Shown: positions 16,327-27,207, counted from the stretch's first letter. The stretch: 64,000 bases of DNA from an uncultured Phascolarctobacterium sp. (GCA_958448515.1 CAUDEF010000001.1:15488-79487), one strand, 5' to 3'. A program made the numbers and translations. Notes: generated by a model not told the origin, from the sequence alone.

Positions 16327-16364
16327 AAAAAAAGGAGCATATCAAAAGATATGCTCCTTTTTTT
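16327..16364. terminator. bidirectional intrinsic terminator between convergent ltaE and tolC
   Basis: aaaaaaaggagcatatc-aaaa-gatatgctccttttttt, a perfect stem with A/T runs on both sides. Confidence 0.9.
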
Positions 16365-16372
16365 ATTATATT

Positions 16373-17854
16373 TTAGTTTTGTTTTACCGGTACATTGCTT
16401 ACTACCGGGCCAGTTTTTTCTTCTGCAGCGGCTTGCTCAGCAGTATCAGCAGCTTCCTGCTGGCTGTTATATTCTTCAACAGCAGCATTTTCTACAGTTA
16501 CAGTGTGCGGAAATTCCATGGGCACGCCAATAGCTGTTTCCAGAGCTGTTTTGGAAGTATTGTAATCATACAGAGACTGGATATAGTTGTTCTTTGCATC
16601 AGTTAAAGCAACCTGAGCATCCAGTACATCAGTATTGGTGCCTACGCCAGCCATATATCTTACCTGAGCAATATGGAAATCTTCTTCTGCTTTAGCTACA
16701 GCAACCTTGGTTGTACCAATACGTTTTTCTGCTTCGCGCAGGTCAAGGTAAGTGCTGCGTACATCAAGCATCACGGCATCTTCAGTATCGCGATAGGATT
16801 CTTCAGCTTTGGCAAGGTCTGCTTCTGCACCATGGATTCTGGACATGGTAACACCGGTATCAAAAATATTCAGGCTTACGCCAACACCTACGCTCCAGTT
16901 GCCATTCTCATCACCGGGCCAGTTGCTGTCATTCCAGTTTTGAGATGCATTGGCAGAAACCTGCGGCATATGACCGCTGCGAGCTACTTTCAATGCACCT
17001 TTGGCAGCTTCTACGCCCTGTTTAGCCTGTTCCAGTTCCGGACGATGCTGAGCCGCATAATCAAGGCAATATTTCAGGTCATTATCATAAGGGGTATACT
17101 GCATGCTGTCCTGCAGTTTTAAAGTTGTATCCATGGGCAGGCCAATAATTCTGTTTAAGCTTGCCTCAGCAATCTGGTAGGCATTTTCTGCTTTAATAAG
17201 ATTCTGCTGAGCATCTGCCAGTTCTACTTCACTGCGCAGCACATCAACTTTTGCTACTACGCCAACATCATACTGAGCCTGAACATTTTTTAAATGTTCT
17301 TCCAGACGGTTAACAGATTCACGGCTTAAAATCTGTACATTATCTGCCTGCAGCATGCTGTAATAGCTGTTGGTAACTGTTTCGCGCATATCATTATAGG
17401 CTTTTTGCTCCCCTACAAGATAGCTTTTATAATTAGCCTCTGCCTGATCAATGGCACCGGATAATTTACCACCGGTATAGATAGGAATACTGGCAGTGAT
17501 GGTATTGGAATGATTGTTACCAATACCTTTATTATAGTAAATAATCCTACCATCTCCACCGTACACAGGCGCAAGATTATCATCATACCCACCACGAGTA
17601 GTGCTGTGCTGACCGGTAATGGTTATACCTTTACTCTGACGGGCTGCATTATAGTTTGCACGCGCGGAATCTTTTTCATAACCGGAAATTTTAATAGCCG
17701 GATTTGTATTAAAAGCTCTTTCCATGGCCTGCTGCAAGTTTAATTCTACAATTTGCGGCTCTGCTGCTTCTTCTGCAAAAGCATAACTGCACAAGCTCAT
17801 AGTAATAGCTGCAGAAATTGCCAATAAGCGCTTGCTTAATTTATTTCCATACAT
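16373..17854 (-). CDS. tolC: TolC-family outer membrane efflux protein
   Basis: Signal peptide MYGNKLSKRLLAISAAITMSLCSYAFA, followed by two OEP repeats. GGAGG RBS lies 8 nt before ATG 17854. The C-terminal tail is Ala/Glu-rich. Confidence 0.85.
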   Translation of the reverse strand: MYGNKLSKRLLAISAAITMSLCSYAFAEEAAEPQIVELNLQQAMERAFNTNPAIKISGYEKDSARANYNAARQSKGITITGQHSTTRGGYDDNLAPVYGGDGRIIYYNKGIGNNHSNTITASIPIYTGGKLSGAIDQAEANYKSYLVGEQKAYNDMRETVTNSYYSMLQADNVQILSRESVNRLEEHLKNVQAQYDVGVVAKVDVLRSEVELADAQQNLIKAENAYQIAEASLNRIIGLPMDTTLKLQDSMQYTPYDNDLKYCLDYAAQHRPELEQAKQGVEAAKGALKVARSGHMPQVSANASQNWNDSNWPGDENGNWSVGVGVSLNIFDTGVTMSRIHGAEADLAKAEESYRDTEDAVMLDVRSTYLDLREAEKRIGTTKVAVAKAEEDFHIAQVRYMAGVGTNTDVLDAQVALTDAKNNYIQSLYDYNTSKTALETAIGVPMEFPHTVTVENAAVEEYNSQQEAADTAEQAAAEEKTGPVVSNVPVKQN

Positions 17855-17935
17855 TGCGTTAACCTCCAATCACACTGACTGATTAGTCAATATACCAAGA
17901 TTATATATTTTTTTCCACAAAAAAGCAAATAAAAA

Positions 17936-19204
17936 TTAGAAATAACTGCGTACACCTACATAGGTATCCTGTTTTGTACCTTTAAGATCCATGCTTTCGC
18001 CATATAAAGACAAATTACTGTTCAGCTTCAGTTCGCCGCCCAGACGTATTTTACTGTTATCAAAATCATAGTACTGAGAATACAGCTTAAAGCTGTCACC
18101 AAAATTATAGCTTAAGCCAACGCCAAATTCTCCCTGCATGGCACCCATGCTCAATCCGGCATTGCCCATATATTTACCGGCAATAAAATCAAACTTGTTG
18201 CTCTCACCCAGGTCGTAACCACCCATATATACAAAACTGTCATCAGAAGGTGTCAGGGTTACACCTAAATTACTGCGCCAGTCAGTATCGCTCAGGCTGG
18301 CACTTACATCAGCCTGCAAACGGGCATCGCTCACTGTACCAAGTATTTTATTGGCACGGGCACTTGCTTCTTTGGCATTTACTACAGTTTCTTTTAAAGA
18401 CTGTTCTACAGCAGGATCTGTAGCCACATTTTCCAGCACCTTAACAATATTTTCTACTTTCTCGCTTGTATCTGCCAGGTTCTGAGCCATTCTTGCAACA
18501 TTTCTGCCAGTTTCACCGTTATTATCCATACCTGCCATAATACTTTCCATATGCATGGCAACCCCATTCATGCGCTTGCTCATTTCATTCATCTGGAAAA
18601 TCATGGCGTTGATATCCTTTTGATTTTCAATAGCCACATCAGCCATAACCTTGGTAAAGGTATTCATATTTTCACTGATGTCCCGCATGTTTTTAAAGCC
18701 ATCACGCATGGACTGCTGAACTTCCTTATCGCCAAAAACATTATTCAGTGCATCAGCTATGTTTTCCACTTTAACCATTAAATCACCAGAGGAAGCAAAA
18801 AATTCTTCCATTCCGCCGCCGGGAATACCTTTTAACTTACTGCCTTCAGTAATATATCCCTGCCCCGGATTGGCAGGAGGTATAACATTAACAAATTTTT
18901 CACCCAAAATACCGTCAGAACCTATGGTAAAAACTGCGCCCTGCGGAATTTTTATATTATCATCAATTTCGGCAGTAACTTCAACACTGCCGGATGTCAC
19001 ATCAATAGCTTTAACCGTACCTACCTGCACACCTGCGTAGCGTACAATATGACCCGGCATCAGTCCGCTTACCTGGGGATAATCAATTTGCAGTTCATAT
19101 CCACGATCGCCGAAAGTAAAAGCTCCCATAAAAGTAATTATTCCCGCCAATACCGCAAAACCACCAAGGGTAAAGGCGCCAACCTTCACTTCATTGCTGC
19201 TCAT
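17936..19204 (-). CDS. mlaD: MlaD (MCE-domain) protein with ~280-aa C-terminal extension ending in a beta-barrel-like segment
   Basis: N-terminal TM plus MCE domain (VSGLMPGHIVRYAGVQVGTVKAIDV). The middle is helical. The last ~120 aa have alternating hydrophobic residues and end ...YVGVRSYF. Confidence 0.8.
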   Translation of the reverse strand: MSSNEVKVGAFTLGGFAVLAGIITFMGAFTFGDRGYELQIDYPQVSGLMPGHIVRYAGVQVGTVKAIDVTSGSVEVTAEIDDNIKIPQGAVFTIGSDGILGEKFVNVIPPANPGQGYITEGSKLKGIPGGGMEEFFASSGDLMVKVENIADALNNVFGDKEVQQSMRDGFKNMRDISENMNTFTKVMADVAIENQKDINAMIFQMNEMSKRMNGVAMHMESIMAGMDNNGETGRNVARMAQNLADTSEKVENIVKVLENVATDPAVEQSLKETVVNAKEASARANKILGTVSDARLQADVSASLSDTDWRSNLGVTLTPSDDSFVYMGGYDLGESNKFDFIAGKYMGNAGLSMGAMQGEFGVGLSYNFGDSFKLYSQYYDFDNSKIRLGGELKLNSNLSLYGESMDLKGTKQDTYVGVRSYF

Positions 19205-19959
19205 TGTTCATCCTCCTTCTGTAATTCCTGTCCGTTTATAAAAGCCTGTACAACAGGATTAGTACTGCTGCGTATTTCTTCTACAGTGCCAACCTGCACT
19301 ATTTTTCCATTATGCAGCATGGCAATTCTGTCAGCTGTAAAAAATACCGATTCCATATCATGAGTTACTAAAAGCGACGCTACATGCAGCTGCTCCTGTG
19401 TTTTTCTGATCAGCCTGCTGATAGTCATTGTCATTACCGGATCAAGACCGGAAGTAGGCTCATCATAAAAAACTATCTGCGGGCGGATAGCCAATGCTCT
19501 GGCAAGACCAACACGCTTTTTCATACCGCCGGATAATTCTGACGGCAGCATGTTTTCGGTGCCGGGAAGTCCTACCATCTGCAGCAGCTCACTCACTCTT
19601 TTGCTGATTTCTTCTTCCGGCAGCTTAAAATGTCTGCGCAGACCAAAGGCAACATTTTCTCCTACCGTAAGAAAGTCAAACAATGCAGAATACTGAAATA
19701 CAACGCCCATATTTCTGCGCTGCTCGTCCCATTCTTCCTCACCAAAATCAGCCGTGTCACAGCCGTTAATAATAACACTTCCCGAGGTTGGTTTTAAAAG
19801 ACCTGTCAGCACTTTCATAACCGTACTCTTTCCTGTTCCGGACGGCCCGATAACTGCCAGTGTTTCTCCGGGATAAATATCAAGGTCTATTTCATTTAAA
19901 ACTACTTTAGAGCCAAAAGCCACTTTTAATTTACGTACTTTAATTACCGGTTCCTGCAT
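19201..19959 (-). CDS. mlaF: ABC transporter ATP-binding protein MlaF
   Basis: Walker A GPSGTGKST, signature LSGGMKKR, Walker B IVFYDEPTSGLD. AGGAGG RBS lies 8 nt before ATG 19959. Confidence 0.85.
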   Translation of the reverse strand: MQEPVIKVRKLKVAFGSKVVLNEIDLDIYPGETLAVIGPSGTGKSTVMKVLTGLLKPTSGSVIINGCDTADFGEEEWDEQRRNMGVVFQYSALFDFLTVGENVAFGLRRHFKLPEEEISKRVSELLQMVGLPGTENMLPSELSGGMKKRVGLARALAIRPQIVFYDEPTSGLDPVMTMTISRLIRKTQEQLHVASLLVTHDMESVFFTADRIAMLHNGKIVQVGTVEEIRSSTNPVVQAFINGQELQKEDEQ

Positions 19960-19971
19960 AACAAACACCTC

Positions 19972-20742
19972 CTACACATACAAAATAATCGAGAGAAAGT
20001 AATTTGTTATAAAAATCAGGATAATAGAAAGAACTACTGACTTTGTTGTAGCAAGACCTACGCCCTCTGCTCCGTTAGGCGCCGTCAGGCCCTTATAACA
20101 GCCTACAATGGCGATAATCGCGCCAAAGACAGAACCCTTAATCATACCGCCAACCATATCATAGACCTCTGCCAGCGTTTTAATAGAGTTTTCATAGGTA
20201 AAGGTACTGATACCTGCATAATAATGGGCAACAACCCAGCCGCCTATATTACCGATAAGATTGGCAAAAACAATCAGTACAGGCATCATTAGTACAATAG
20301 CAATAAAACGCGGCACAACAAGATAGCTTACAGGATTGGCCGCCATAACCTTTAAAGCGTCAATCTGCTCTGTAACCTTCATGGTACCAATTTCGGCAGC
20401 AATAGCCGCACCTATGCGCCCTGCAACTACAACGCCTGTCAATACCGGCACCAGCTCACGTGCCATGGCAATAGCCACAATACCTCCAACAGAAGAAGCC
20501 GCACCAAAACGAACAAATTCCTTAGCTGTCTGCACAGAAAAAACCATACCCGTACATAAAATTGTCATCAGTACAATGGGCAGAGAATCAGCACCCAAAA
20601 GCGCCATCTGACGCAAAGTTTCCTGCATGCGCGCGTCTTTAAGCCTTTTTACTGTATCAATAAACAGTAAAGTCATCTGACCTGTACTGGCGCAGCTTTC
20701 AATTATTCTCTTACCAAGGGAATTACAGATTTTACTAAACAT
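19972..20742 (-). CDS. mlaE: ABC transporter permease MlaE
   Basis: 256-aa polytopic protein that precedes mlaF and mlaD. The EIGTMKVTEQIDAL block is typical of MlaE. Confidence 0.85.
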   Translation of the reverse strand: MFSKICNSLGKRIIESCASTGQMTLLFIDTVKRLKDARMQETLRQMALLGADSLPIVLMTILCTGMVFSVQTAKEFVRFGAASSVGGIVAIAMARELVPVLTGVVVAGRIGAAIAAEIGTMKVTEQIDALKVMAANPVSYLVVPRFIAIVLMMPVLIVFANLIGNIGGWVVAHYYAGISTFTYENSIKTLAEVYDMVGGMIKGSVFGAIIAIVGCYKGLTAPNGAEGVGLATTKSVVLSIILIFITNYFLSIILYV

Positions 20743-20792
20743 AGCATTTCCTTTCGGTGGTTCATTCTGATTTTATAATAATTTTATGTTTT

Positions 20793-22469
20793 TTATTTGT
20801 CGATTACATTAATAACTATTTCTTTTTCGCCGTCAATAATGTAATCAAAAGCTGTTTTCTGCTTAAATGGACTTCCCTGCAGCATGCCTGCAAATCCGGC
20901 ATCATTCTGCATGTTTTTATCTGCATTGGCGTTCAGTGCCTGTGATGCAGATATATCAACGATAATTTCATTATTTTTATCCGCTTCATTCAGATTTTTA
21001 ATAAAATCTGCCAGTTTGCGCTTATTATCCTGTTTTGCAGCCGGCAGACCTTCCTCCTGCTGTTTTCGAAGCAGGTTCTGAATCCAGGCTAGTGAACTGC
21101 CTCCCCGCACGCTGAGAGCCATCTTGCCTCCCTGATGATGTTCAGGAACAGTAAAATAAATGGTCTGTACAAATTCACTGCCGCGATAAGGCTTTAAAGT
21201 AACATTTATAGGCAGTTTTTCACCGGGCTTAACCTCACGCTTTTGCGGAGCCACCTGGGTAATTTCTGCTACCTGCACATTTTCAGTAAGCTCTACATTA
21301 ACATTAATACCATAAATATCAACTTTTTCAAACTTATTCTGCATCAGAATATTAACTGCCTCAACCAGCTCGGCATTAACTGCTTTCTGAATTCCGTCAA
21401 CTGTATAATACATGTTATCACGATTAATCGTAATATAATTATTGCTGCTGTCAACACCGGTAATTTCAAAATGCATCTTTGCCGTACCGCCGCCATTACG
21501 GTCAACGGTCTTGGTTACGGTATTAAACACAGCTGCGTCAACAATGACAGGTACCATTTTTTCATCTTCAACAATATTTACACGAGTAGTATTATTAAAG
21601 CCTCTGTCCAAATCGCTGACAGCCGTATAAACCGGAATAGTTTTTGGTCCGGGCCCTGTTTTGCCGGCAATACCGCTTGCTCTGTCCTGATTAATTACAC
21701 CAATGGTTTTGCCTATGGTGCCTACTTTATAGCTGCTTTGCATATTGGGTATGCAGCCTAAAATCCATACATTATTCATAAAAAAGTTACTGTTGCCGCG
21801 CTGCATAAAAGGGTGGCCAAAAGCCAGAATATGCCCTTCATCATCAGTCCAGGTAACTGTTCCCAATGCTCCCAAGGATAAATCGCCCTGCATCAGAGAA
21901 ACACCTACTGCACTGCCAGGCTCCAAACTTCCTGCAGCAAGATCTGCATTGCTGCCTCCGCCATTTACAGCGTCAAGACCCAAGCCATGCAGCTTCTCCT
22001 GTAAATATTCCATACCCAGAGGGGTAAAACCGCCTGCCATAAGTGCCGTACCCTGCGGAACTAAATCTTTGTAAAGAGGTACAGGCTCATCTAACAGCTT
22101 CAGCATGCTGGAAATAGGTGTCAAAAAGCAGTAGTGAGGATCATTAAATGCCTTACCAAAAGCAACAGCACCTACAAGCCTTCCGTCAACATATACAGGG
22201 CTGCCGCTCATGCCCTGAGCCACACCGCCTGTTTTGTCAATTAAATCTCCATATAAACGTACAAAAACACTGTAACCGCCGGCTTCACTTCCGGTTACAC
22301 CAAGTATTTCCACATTGAATTCTTCAATTGTATTACCGCTGATTACAGTTTTGCCGATACCATGCATGCCCGGCTTTAAATCCTTAATAGGCATCAAAGG
22401 CGTATTCGCCAGAGCTGCAGTGCTGTATATGCACAGCACTAACGCAAGAAACAAAGTTTTTAACTTCAT
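20793..22469 (-). CDS. secreted SpoIVB-like peptidase S55 domain protein
   Basis: Signal peptide followed by GVAQGMSGSPVYVDGRLVGAVAFG, the S55 serine block. Confidence 0.7.
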   Translation of the reverse strand: MKLKTLFLALVLCIYSTAALANTPLMPIKDLKPGMHGIGKTVISGNTIEEFNVEILGVTGSEAGGYSVFVRLYGDLIDKTGGVAQGMSGSPVYVDGRLVGAVAFGKAFNDPHYCFLTPISSMLKLLDEPVPLYKDLVPQGTALMAGGFTPLGMEYLQEKLHGLGLDAVNGGGSNADLAAGSLEPGSAVGVSLMQGDLSLGALGTVTWTDDEGHILAFGHPFMQRGNSNFFMNNVWILGCIPNMQSSYKVGTIGKTIGVINQDRASGIAGKTGPGPKTIPVYTAVSDLDRGFNNTTRVNIVEDEKMVPVIVDAAVFNTVTKTVDRNGGGTAKMHFEITGVDSSNNYITINRDNMYYTVDGIQKAVNAELVEAVNILMQNKFEKVDIYGINVNVELTENVQVAEITQVAPQKREVKPGEKLPINVTLKPYRGSEFVQTIYFTVPEHHQGGKMALSVRGGSSLAWIQNLLRKQQEEGLPAAKQDNKRKLADFIKNLNEADKNNEIIVDISASQALNANADKNMQNDAGFAGMLQGSPFKQKTAFDYIIDGEKEIVINVIDK

Positions 22470-22579
22470 ATATAAACTCCCGTATATTATAAATCGGCGG
22501 GGTCAACCCTCGCCGATCTGATCTGCTGCAATAACTATCTGCCTGAAAGCAGAATATATAAATACTTTTGCACAAATTA

Positions 22580-22608
22580 ATTATACAACCTCTAATGGGC
22601 TTTGACAA
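22580..22608 (-). promoter_or_regulatory. promoter for the S55 peptidase gene
   Basis: Minus strand has TTGTCA, a 17-nt spacer and TATAAT. The ~100-nt 5' UTR contains a 10-bp GC-rich hairpin at 22493..22517. Confidence 0.6.
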
Positions 22609-22613
22609 GTAAA

Positions 22614-24005
22614 CTAGTCTTTGGCAAAAAGCCCTGCCCCTATACTTACCATACGCTCTCTGCCGTCAGAAGGACAATTAACTATCTTGCCGCGTACCAC
22701 CATTTCGCTGGAGCCGCCGCCGTCAAAATTAACAGCATCCCTTGCGCCTAAACGAAGAAAATACTGTGCCAGTTCTGTAAGCGTCAAACCGGCAGAGTTT
22801 TTATTTCTTCCGTCAACAACAAGAATAAGCAGGGTTCCGTCTTTCTTTAGGCCTACTGCTGTACGCGGCGCTCTGCCTTTGGCAATATCATTTGCTATGT
22901 ATTCTTCAGCTGTACGCACATTTACTTTGCCATTTTCCAAAAGCAGCGGTCCGCCGCCAATGACAGTTTTGCTTTTATCAGCAACCTCGTTGCCAAGTGT
23001 TTCAGTAAGTTTTACCTTATCGCCTACACGTACACCGGCAAGAGCTGCAGCATTGCTTCCATGTCCGGAAATAACAATTGTACCTGGCTCGATAGTCATA
23101 TTTCCGCTGCTGCTTACAGCTATAACTTTATTATTTCTGATTTTAATTTCTCTGCCCCACTGGTTTGTTTTGGTTCTTGCTGCATAATATTCATTATACA
23201 GAACAAGATCTTCTACAATTCTTGCTCTGTTCATTCCTTTAATATTAAGTACCTGTCCATTTTCCAGCTGCAGTTTACCGCTGTAAACAAGATCTTTAAC
23301 AATATTCTTGGAGTTTTTATCAGCTGCCAATCCACTTCTTGGGGTGTAATCTGCGGCAAAAATATTATTTCTGTCTTTAAGTACGCCTATTACCCAGCCA
23401 TCAGTATCAAAATATGACGCATTAACTGCTGCTAAAAGACCCAGCCTGTCCGCTGCCTTAACAAGAGAACCTCTGCCGTTATAGGTTCCGGCAGCAGAAA
23501 ACGGACGCAATTCATAGTCAGCATCTTTATCAACACTGAGCAGATAGCCCTGCAATTGTCTGCCGTTAATTTCATCCTGCAGATAGGTATAAGTTACACC
23601 CTTAGCCAGCTTCTCTGTTTTTTTGATAATGTTAATTCTGAAAATATCAATAACCAGCCGATGAGGATTTTCCAGCTGATAAATTTTATACTGGCAGTCT
23701 TTAGCTAAAGTTATTTCCAGTTTGCTCTTGTTTCTTCCGTCAGGAGCAAGTTTTACTTTTTTTATAAAGGCATCTTTAACTATCGGCTTCATGGTTTTGC
23801 TGCTGCTTTCCGGCAGTTCTATTTCCAGCACATTATCATCTTTTTTGGCTTCATAAGCAATTTTTTCTTTACTGTCCAATACAAATCTTACTCTGCTCTG
23901 ACTGATACTGGTACGTACATTATCTATCGGAGCTGCCCATGCAAGCTGGGGTATAACAAAACTGCTTACAATGCTTATCAGAACAATTATATTTTTTAAT
24001 TTCAT
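22614..24005 (-). CDS. AMIN domain + phosphodiester glycosidase (NAGPA/DUF2233) family protein
   Basis: Signal peptide, then an AMIN-like block (RVRFVLDSKEKIAYEAKKDDNVLEIELPES). The C-terminal region carries NFDGGGSS. AGGTGA RBS precedes ATG 24005. Confidence 0.7.
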   Translation of the reverse strand: MKLKNIIVLISIVSSFVIPQLAWAAPIDNVRTSISQSRVRFVLDSKEKIAYEAKKDDNVLEIELPESSSKTMKPIVKDAFIKKVKLAPDGRNKSKLEITLAKDCQYKIYQLENPHRLVIDIFRINIIKKTEKLAKGVTYTYLQDEINGRQLQGYLLSVDKDADYELRPFSAAGTYNGRGSLVKAADRLGLLAAVNASYFDTDGWVIGVLKDRNNIFAADYTPRSGLAADKNSKNIVKDLVYSGKLQLENGQVLNIKGMNRARIVEDLVLYNEYYAARTKTNQWGREIKIRNNKVIAVSSSGNMTIEPGTIVISGHGSNAAALAGVRVGDKVKLTETLGNEVADKSKTVIGGGPLLLENGKVNVRTAEEYIANDIAKGRAPRTAVGLKKDGTLLILVVDGRNKNSAGLTLTELAQYFLRLGARDAVNFDGGGSSEMVVRGKIVNCPSDGRERMVSIGAGLFAKD

Positions 24006-24080
24006 TATTATCACCTGATTATAAATACCTGTAAAAACAAAATACACAGCCAAGGCTGTGTATTTTTATGTACTTGTAAA

Positions 24081-25103
24081 TTAACCCAAATTAGAAGAAG
24101 TATAAATGGAACCGGGATGAAGTTTATCCAGATTTTCCAAAGCTTTGCCGGTACCAAGAGCAACACAGTCCAGTGGATTTTCAGCAATGTGAGTAGTAAT
24201 ACCGGTTTCTTTTTCCATAATTTCTGCCAAACCGTCAAGCAGTGCACCGCCGCCGGTTAAATAAATGCCATTATCAACAATATCCGCAGCCAGTTCCGGC
24301 GGGCATTTTTCCAGCACACCACGAACAGTAGCAATAAGAGAAGCAATAGAATCTTCAAGTGCCAGACGGCAGTCTTCAGAAGTTACATTAAAGGTAGTAG
24401 GCAAGCCTGTAACCATATCACGGCCACGCACGGAAATAGACTCCTTGCGGCCATTTGGAGAAACAGTAGCTATGCTCATTTTGATTTCTTCCGCAGTACG
24501 TTCACCAATCAAAACATTATGTACTTTTTTAACATAACGTACAATTGCTTCGTCAAAATGGTCGCCGCCAACACGGATGGAAGAATCAACAACAATACCT
24601 CCAAGGCTCAAAACAGCAATGTCAGTAGTGCCGCCGCCAATATCAACAACCATATTTCCGCGCGGTACGGAAATATCAATACCAGCACCCAAAGCAGCTG
24701 CCAAAGGTTCCTCTATAAGGTATGTTTTTGAAGCACCGCCCTGAATTGTAGCTTCCATAACCGCACGTTTTTCAACAGATGTAATACCAATAGGTACACA
24801 GGTCATAACACGCGGTTTAAAGAACAGGCATTTGCCGGCAACTTTTTCAATTACATAAGCAAGCAGCTTCTGGGTAACAGTATAATTAGCAATTACGCCT
24901 TCCTTTAAAGGACGAATAGCAATAATGTTTCCCGGCGCACGCCCCAGCATTTCGCGGGCTTCATCGCCTACAGCCAGCACTTTATTTCTGGTTTTATCAA
25001 TAGCAACAACTGATGGCTCATTCAAAACAACACCCTTGCCTCTTACATAGACAAGTATATTAGCAGTACCAAGATCGATACCAATATCTGTACTCTTAAA
25101 CAT
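24081..25103 (-). CDS. mreB: rod shape-determining protein MreB/Mbl
   Basis: DIGIDLGTANILVY, VVDIGGGTTDIAV and LTGGGALL are actin-fold motifs. Confidence 0.92.
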   Translation of the reverse strand: MFKSTDIGIDLGTANILVYVRGKGVVLNEPSVVAIDKTRNKVLAVGDEAREMLGRAPGNIIAIRPLKEGVIANYTVTQKLLAYVIEKVAGKCLFFKPRVMTCVPIGITSVEKRAVMEATIQGGASKTYLIEEPLAAALGAGIDISVPRGNMVVDIGGGTTDIAVLSLGGIVVDSSIRVGGDHFDEAIVRYVKKVHNVLIGERTAEEIKMSIATVSPNGRKESISVRGRDMVTGLPTTFNVTSEDCRLALEDSIASLIATVRGVLEKCPPELAADIVDNGIYLTGGGALLDGLAEIMEKETGITTHIAENPLDCVALGTGKALENLDKLHPGSIYTSSNLG

Positions 25104-25121
25104 CTTTTTAGCTCCTCATCT

Positions 25122-26381
25122 TTAAATATCAATACGTTCAATATCAGCACCAAGTGCTTTGAATTTATCTACAATATTTTCATAGCCTCTGTCAATATGA
25201 TGCAGATCGCCGATAGTAGTAGTTCCTTCTGCTACCAGACCTGCCAGAATCATGGCAGCTCCGGCACGAAGATCTGTAGCACGGACATCACAGCCGGACA
25301 GTTTGGCAGGCCCGTCAATAACAGCGCTTCTGCCCTCGGTAGTAATATTTGCTCCCATACGATTCAACTCTACAACATGCATAAATCTGTTTTCAAAAAC
25401 AGTTTCAGTTACCTTGCTGCGGCCTTCAGATACTACCATCATTGCCATAACCTGTGCCTGCATATCTGTTGGAAATCCCGGATAAGGTAAAGTTTTAATA
25501 TCCACAGCCTTTAAAGTACCATTGCCAATAACACGCACTCTGTCGATATCTTCCATAACGGTTACGCCAGCTTCACGCAGTTTGGCAATTAACGGCTTCT
25601 GATGTTCCGGCAGAACGTTTTCTATAGTAACATCACCGCCAGTCATCGCAGCAGCAATCATATAAGTACCTGCTTCAATTCGGTCCGGAATAATTGTGTA
25701 ATCTGCGCCATGAAGCTTTTCTACACCTTCAATGCGGATTACATTAGTACCTGCACCACGAACTTTGGCACCCATTTTGTTTAAATAGTTAGCCAGATCA
25801 ACAATCTCCGGTTCTTCAGCTGCATTTTCCAAAATGGTAGTGCCTTTAGCCATAGCAGCAGCCATCATAATATTTTCTGTAGCACCTACGCTGGGAAAGT
25901 CAAAATATATTGTAGTGCCTGTTAAACCTTCAGGAGCATGAGCCTCAATATAACCATGACCCTGAGTAATCTGCACACCCAAAGCTTCAAAACCTTTTAA
26001 ATGAATATCAATAGGTCTGGCACCAATGGCACAGCCGCCGGGCATGGAAATTCTGGCAAAACCTTTTCTTGCCAGCAAAGGTCCCATTACCAGGAAAGAT
26101 GCACGCATATTACGCACTAATTCATAGGGCGCCTCACAGGACGTAATCTCTGTACTGTCTATATCAAGAATATGTTCTTCCGGACTTTCTACCTTAATGC
26201 CAAGGCATTTCAAAACTTCACTTATAGTATGTACATCCTCAAGCATAGGAACTTCATCTAATCTGCTTGGACCCCCGCCTAAAATAGATGCGGCAATAAT
26301 AGGTAAAACAGCATTTTTTGCCCCACTTGTTTTAACGGTACCTTTAAGGGAATGGCCTCCCTTTACCACTAACTTCTCCAA
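25122..26381 (-). CDS. murA: UDP-N-acetylglucosamine 1-carboxyvinyltransferase
   Basis: 419 aa. N-terminus [28 protein letters not shown]. The [13 protein letters not shown] block holds the active-site Cys. Confidence 0.95.
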   Translation of the reverse strand: MEKLVVKGGHSLKGTVKTSGAKNAVLPIIAASILGGGPSRLDEVPMLEDVHTISEVLKCLGIKVESPEEHILDIDSTEITSCEAPYELVRNMRASFLVMGPLLARKGFARISMPGGCAIGARPIDIHLKGFEALGVQITQGHGYIEAHAPEGLTGTTIYFDFPSVGATENIMMAAAMAKGTTILENAAEEPEIVDLANYLNKMGAKVRGAGTNVIRIEGVEKLHGADYTIIPDRIEAGTYMIAAAMTGGDVTIENVLPEHQKPLIAKLREAGVTVMEDIDRVRVIGNGTLKAVDIKTLPYPGFPTDMQAQVMAMMVVSEGRSKVTETVFENRFMHVVELNRMGANITTEGRSAVIDGPAKLSGCDVRATDLRAGAAMILAGLVAEGTTTIGDLHHIDRGYENIVDKFKALGADIERIDI

Positions 26382-26509
26382 AATCTTCCTCCACTATTTC
26401 AACACTATCTGTGATAGTATATATTTTCTGCAAAATTTATGCTATAAGTTTAACATTTTTAGCCATGGCAATGCAACACTGTCACAGGCTTTTTCATATA
26501 TTTCAAGCA

Positions 26510-26542
26510 AGAAAAAAGCTTAAATACACATGCATTTAAGCT
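26510..26542 (-). terminator. intrinsic terminator after the 151-aa membrane protein gene
   Basis: Minus strand: agcttaaat-gcatgtgt-atttaagct followed by TTTTTT. Confidence 0.75.
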
Positions 26543-26544
26543 GA

Positions 26545-27000
26545 TTACTGCTCCAGTTTCTTTTTCGTCAGATGAAGTTTTTCTCTGTACTCTTCTTCCT
26601 GTATTTTTCGTTCTAAGGCAAGTTCATTTAAACGGCGCTCTTTTTCCTCCAGGCGCTCCTGCTCAATCTTGCGCAACTCTGTCATGGTTTCACTGTTTTT
26701 AGTTAACTCTTCTTCACGCATAGCAAGCCATTTCTTTTTTTCTTCAGCAATCATTTTGCGTTCTTTTTCAGCACGCTTGCGCTGCTCAACAGCCATCAGC
26801 TGCGCTTTAGACAGCTTAGGCTCACTTTTTTTCATTGTACGATATACAAGATAACCTGCTAAAGTCAGAGGAAATACAAAAGTCGCAATTAACCATATAT
26901 TGGCATAACGTATATTTCTTTTGTTTGCATCAGTATATACATAATAAGCTGCTCCTGCAGCAATAACAAACTTAACAATAACTGGCAGCATGCCTTCCAT
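26545..27000 (-). CDS. hypothetical membrane protein with Lys/Glu-rich coiled-coil tail
   Basis: GGAGG RBS. Two N-terminal TM segments, then a ~90-aa charged helical region. No family recognised. Confidence 0.55.
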   Translation of the reverse strand: MEGMLPVIVKFVIAAGAAYYVYTDANKRNIRYANIWLIATFVFPLTLAGYLVYRTMKKSEPKLSKAQLMAVEQRKRAEKERKMIAEEKKKWLAMREEELTKNSETMTELRKIEQERLEEKERRLNELALERKIQEEEYREKLHLTKKKLEQ

Positions 27001-27012
27001 TTTATCCTCCGC

Positions 27013-27207
27013 CTACATAGGCATATTATTAATTTTCATCTTATCAGCTAAGATATAATAATGAGTTTCTTTTTCCATAATAAGTTTTTTCAAAGAAGCA
27101 ACTTTTGCTACGTCGTCACAGCTTTTTAACTGTGCACGCAGATCAATTATTTCCTGTTTTAATTGCAGCATTTTAGCGGCAGTTGTGGAATTTACTACAT
27201 CGTTCAT
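27013..27207 (-). CDS. small hypothetical coiled-coil protein (64 aa)
   Basis: AAAGGAG RBS. Its stop is 12 nt before the next gene. No family recognised. Confidence 0.45.
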   Translation of the reverse strand: MNDVVNSTTAAKMLQLKQEIIDLRAQLKSCDDVAKVASLKKLIMEKETHYYILADKMKINNMPM

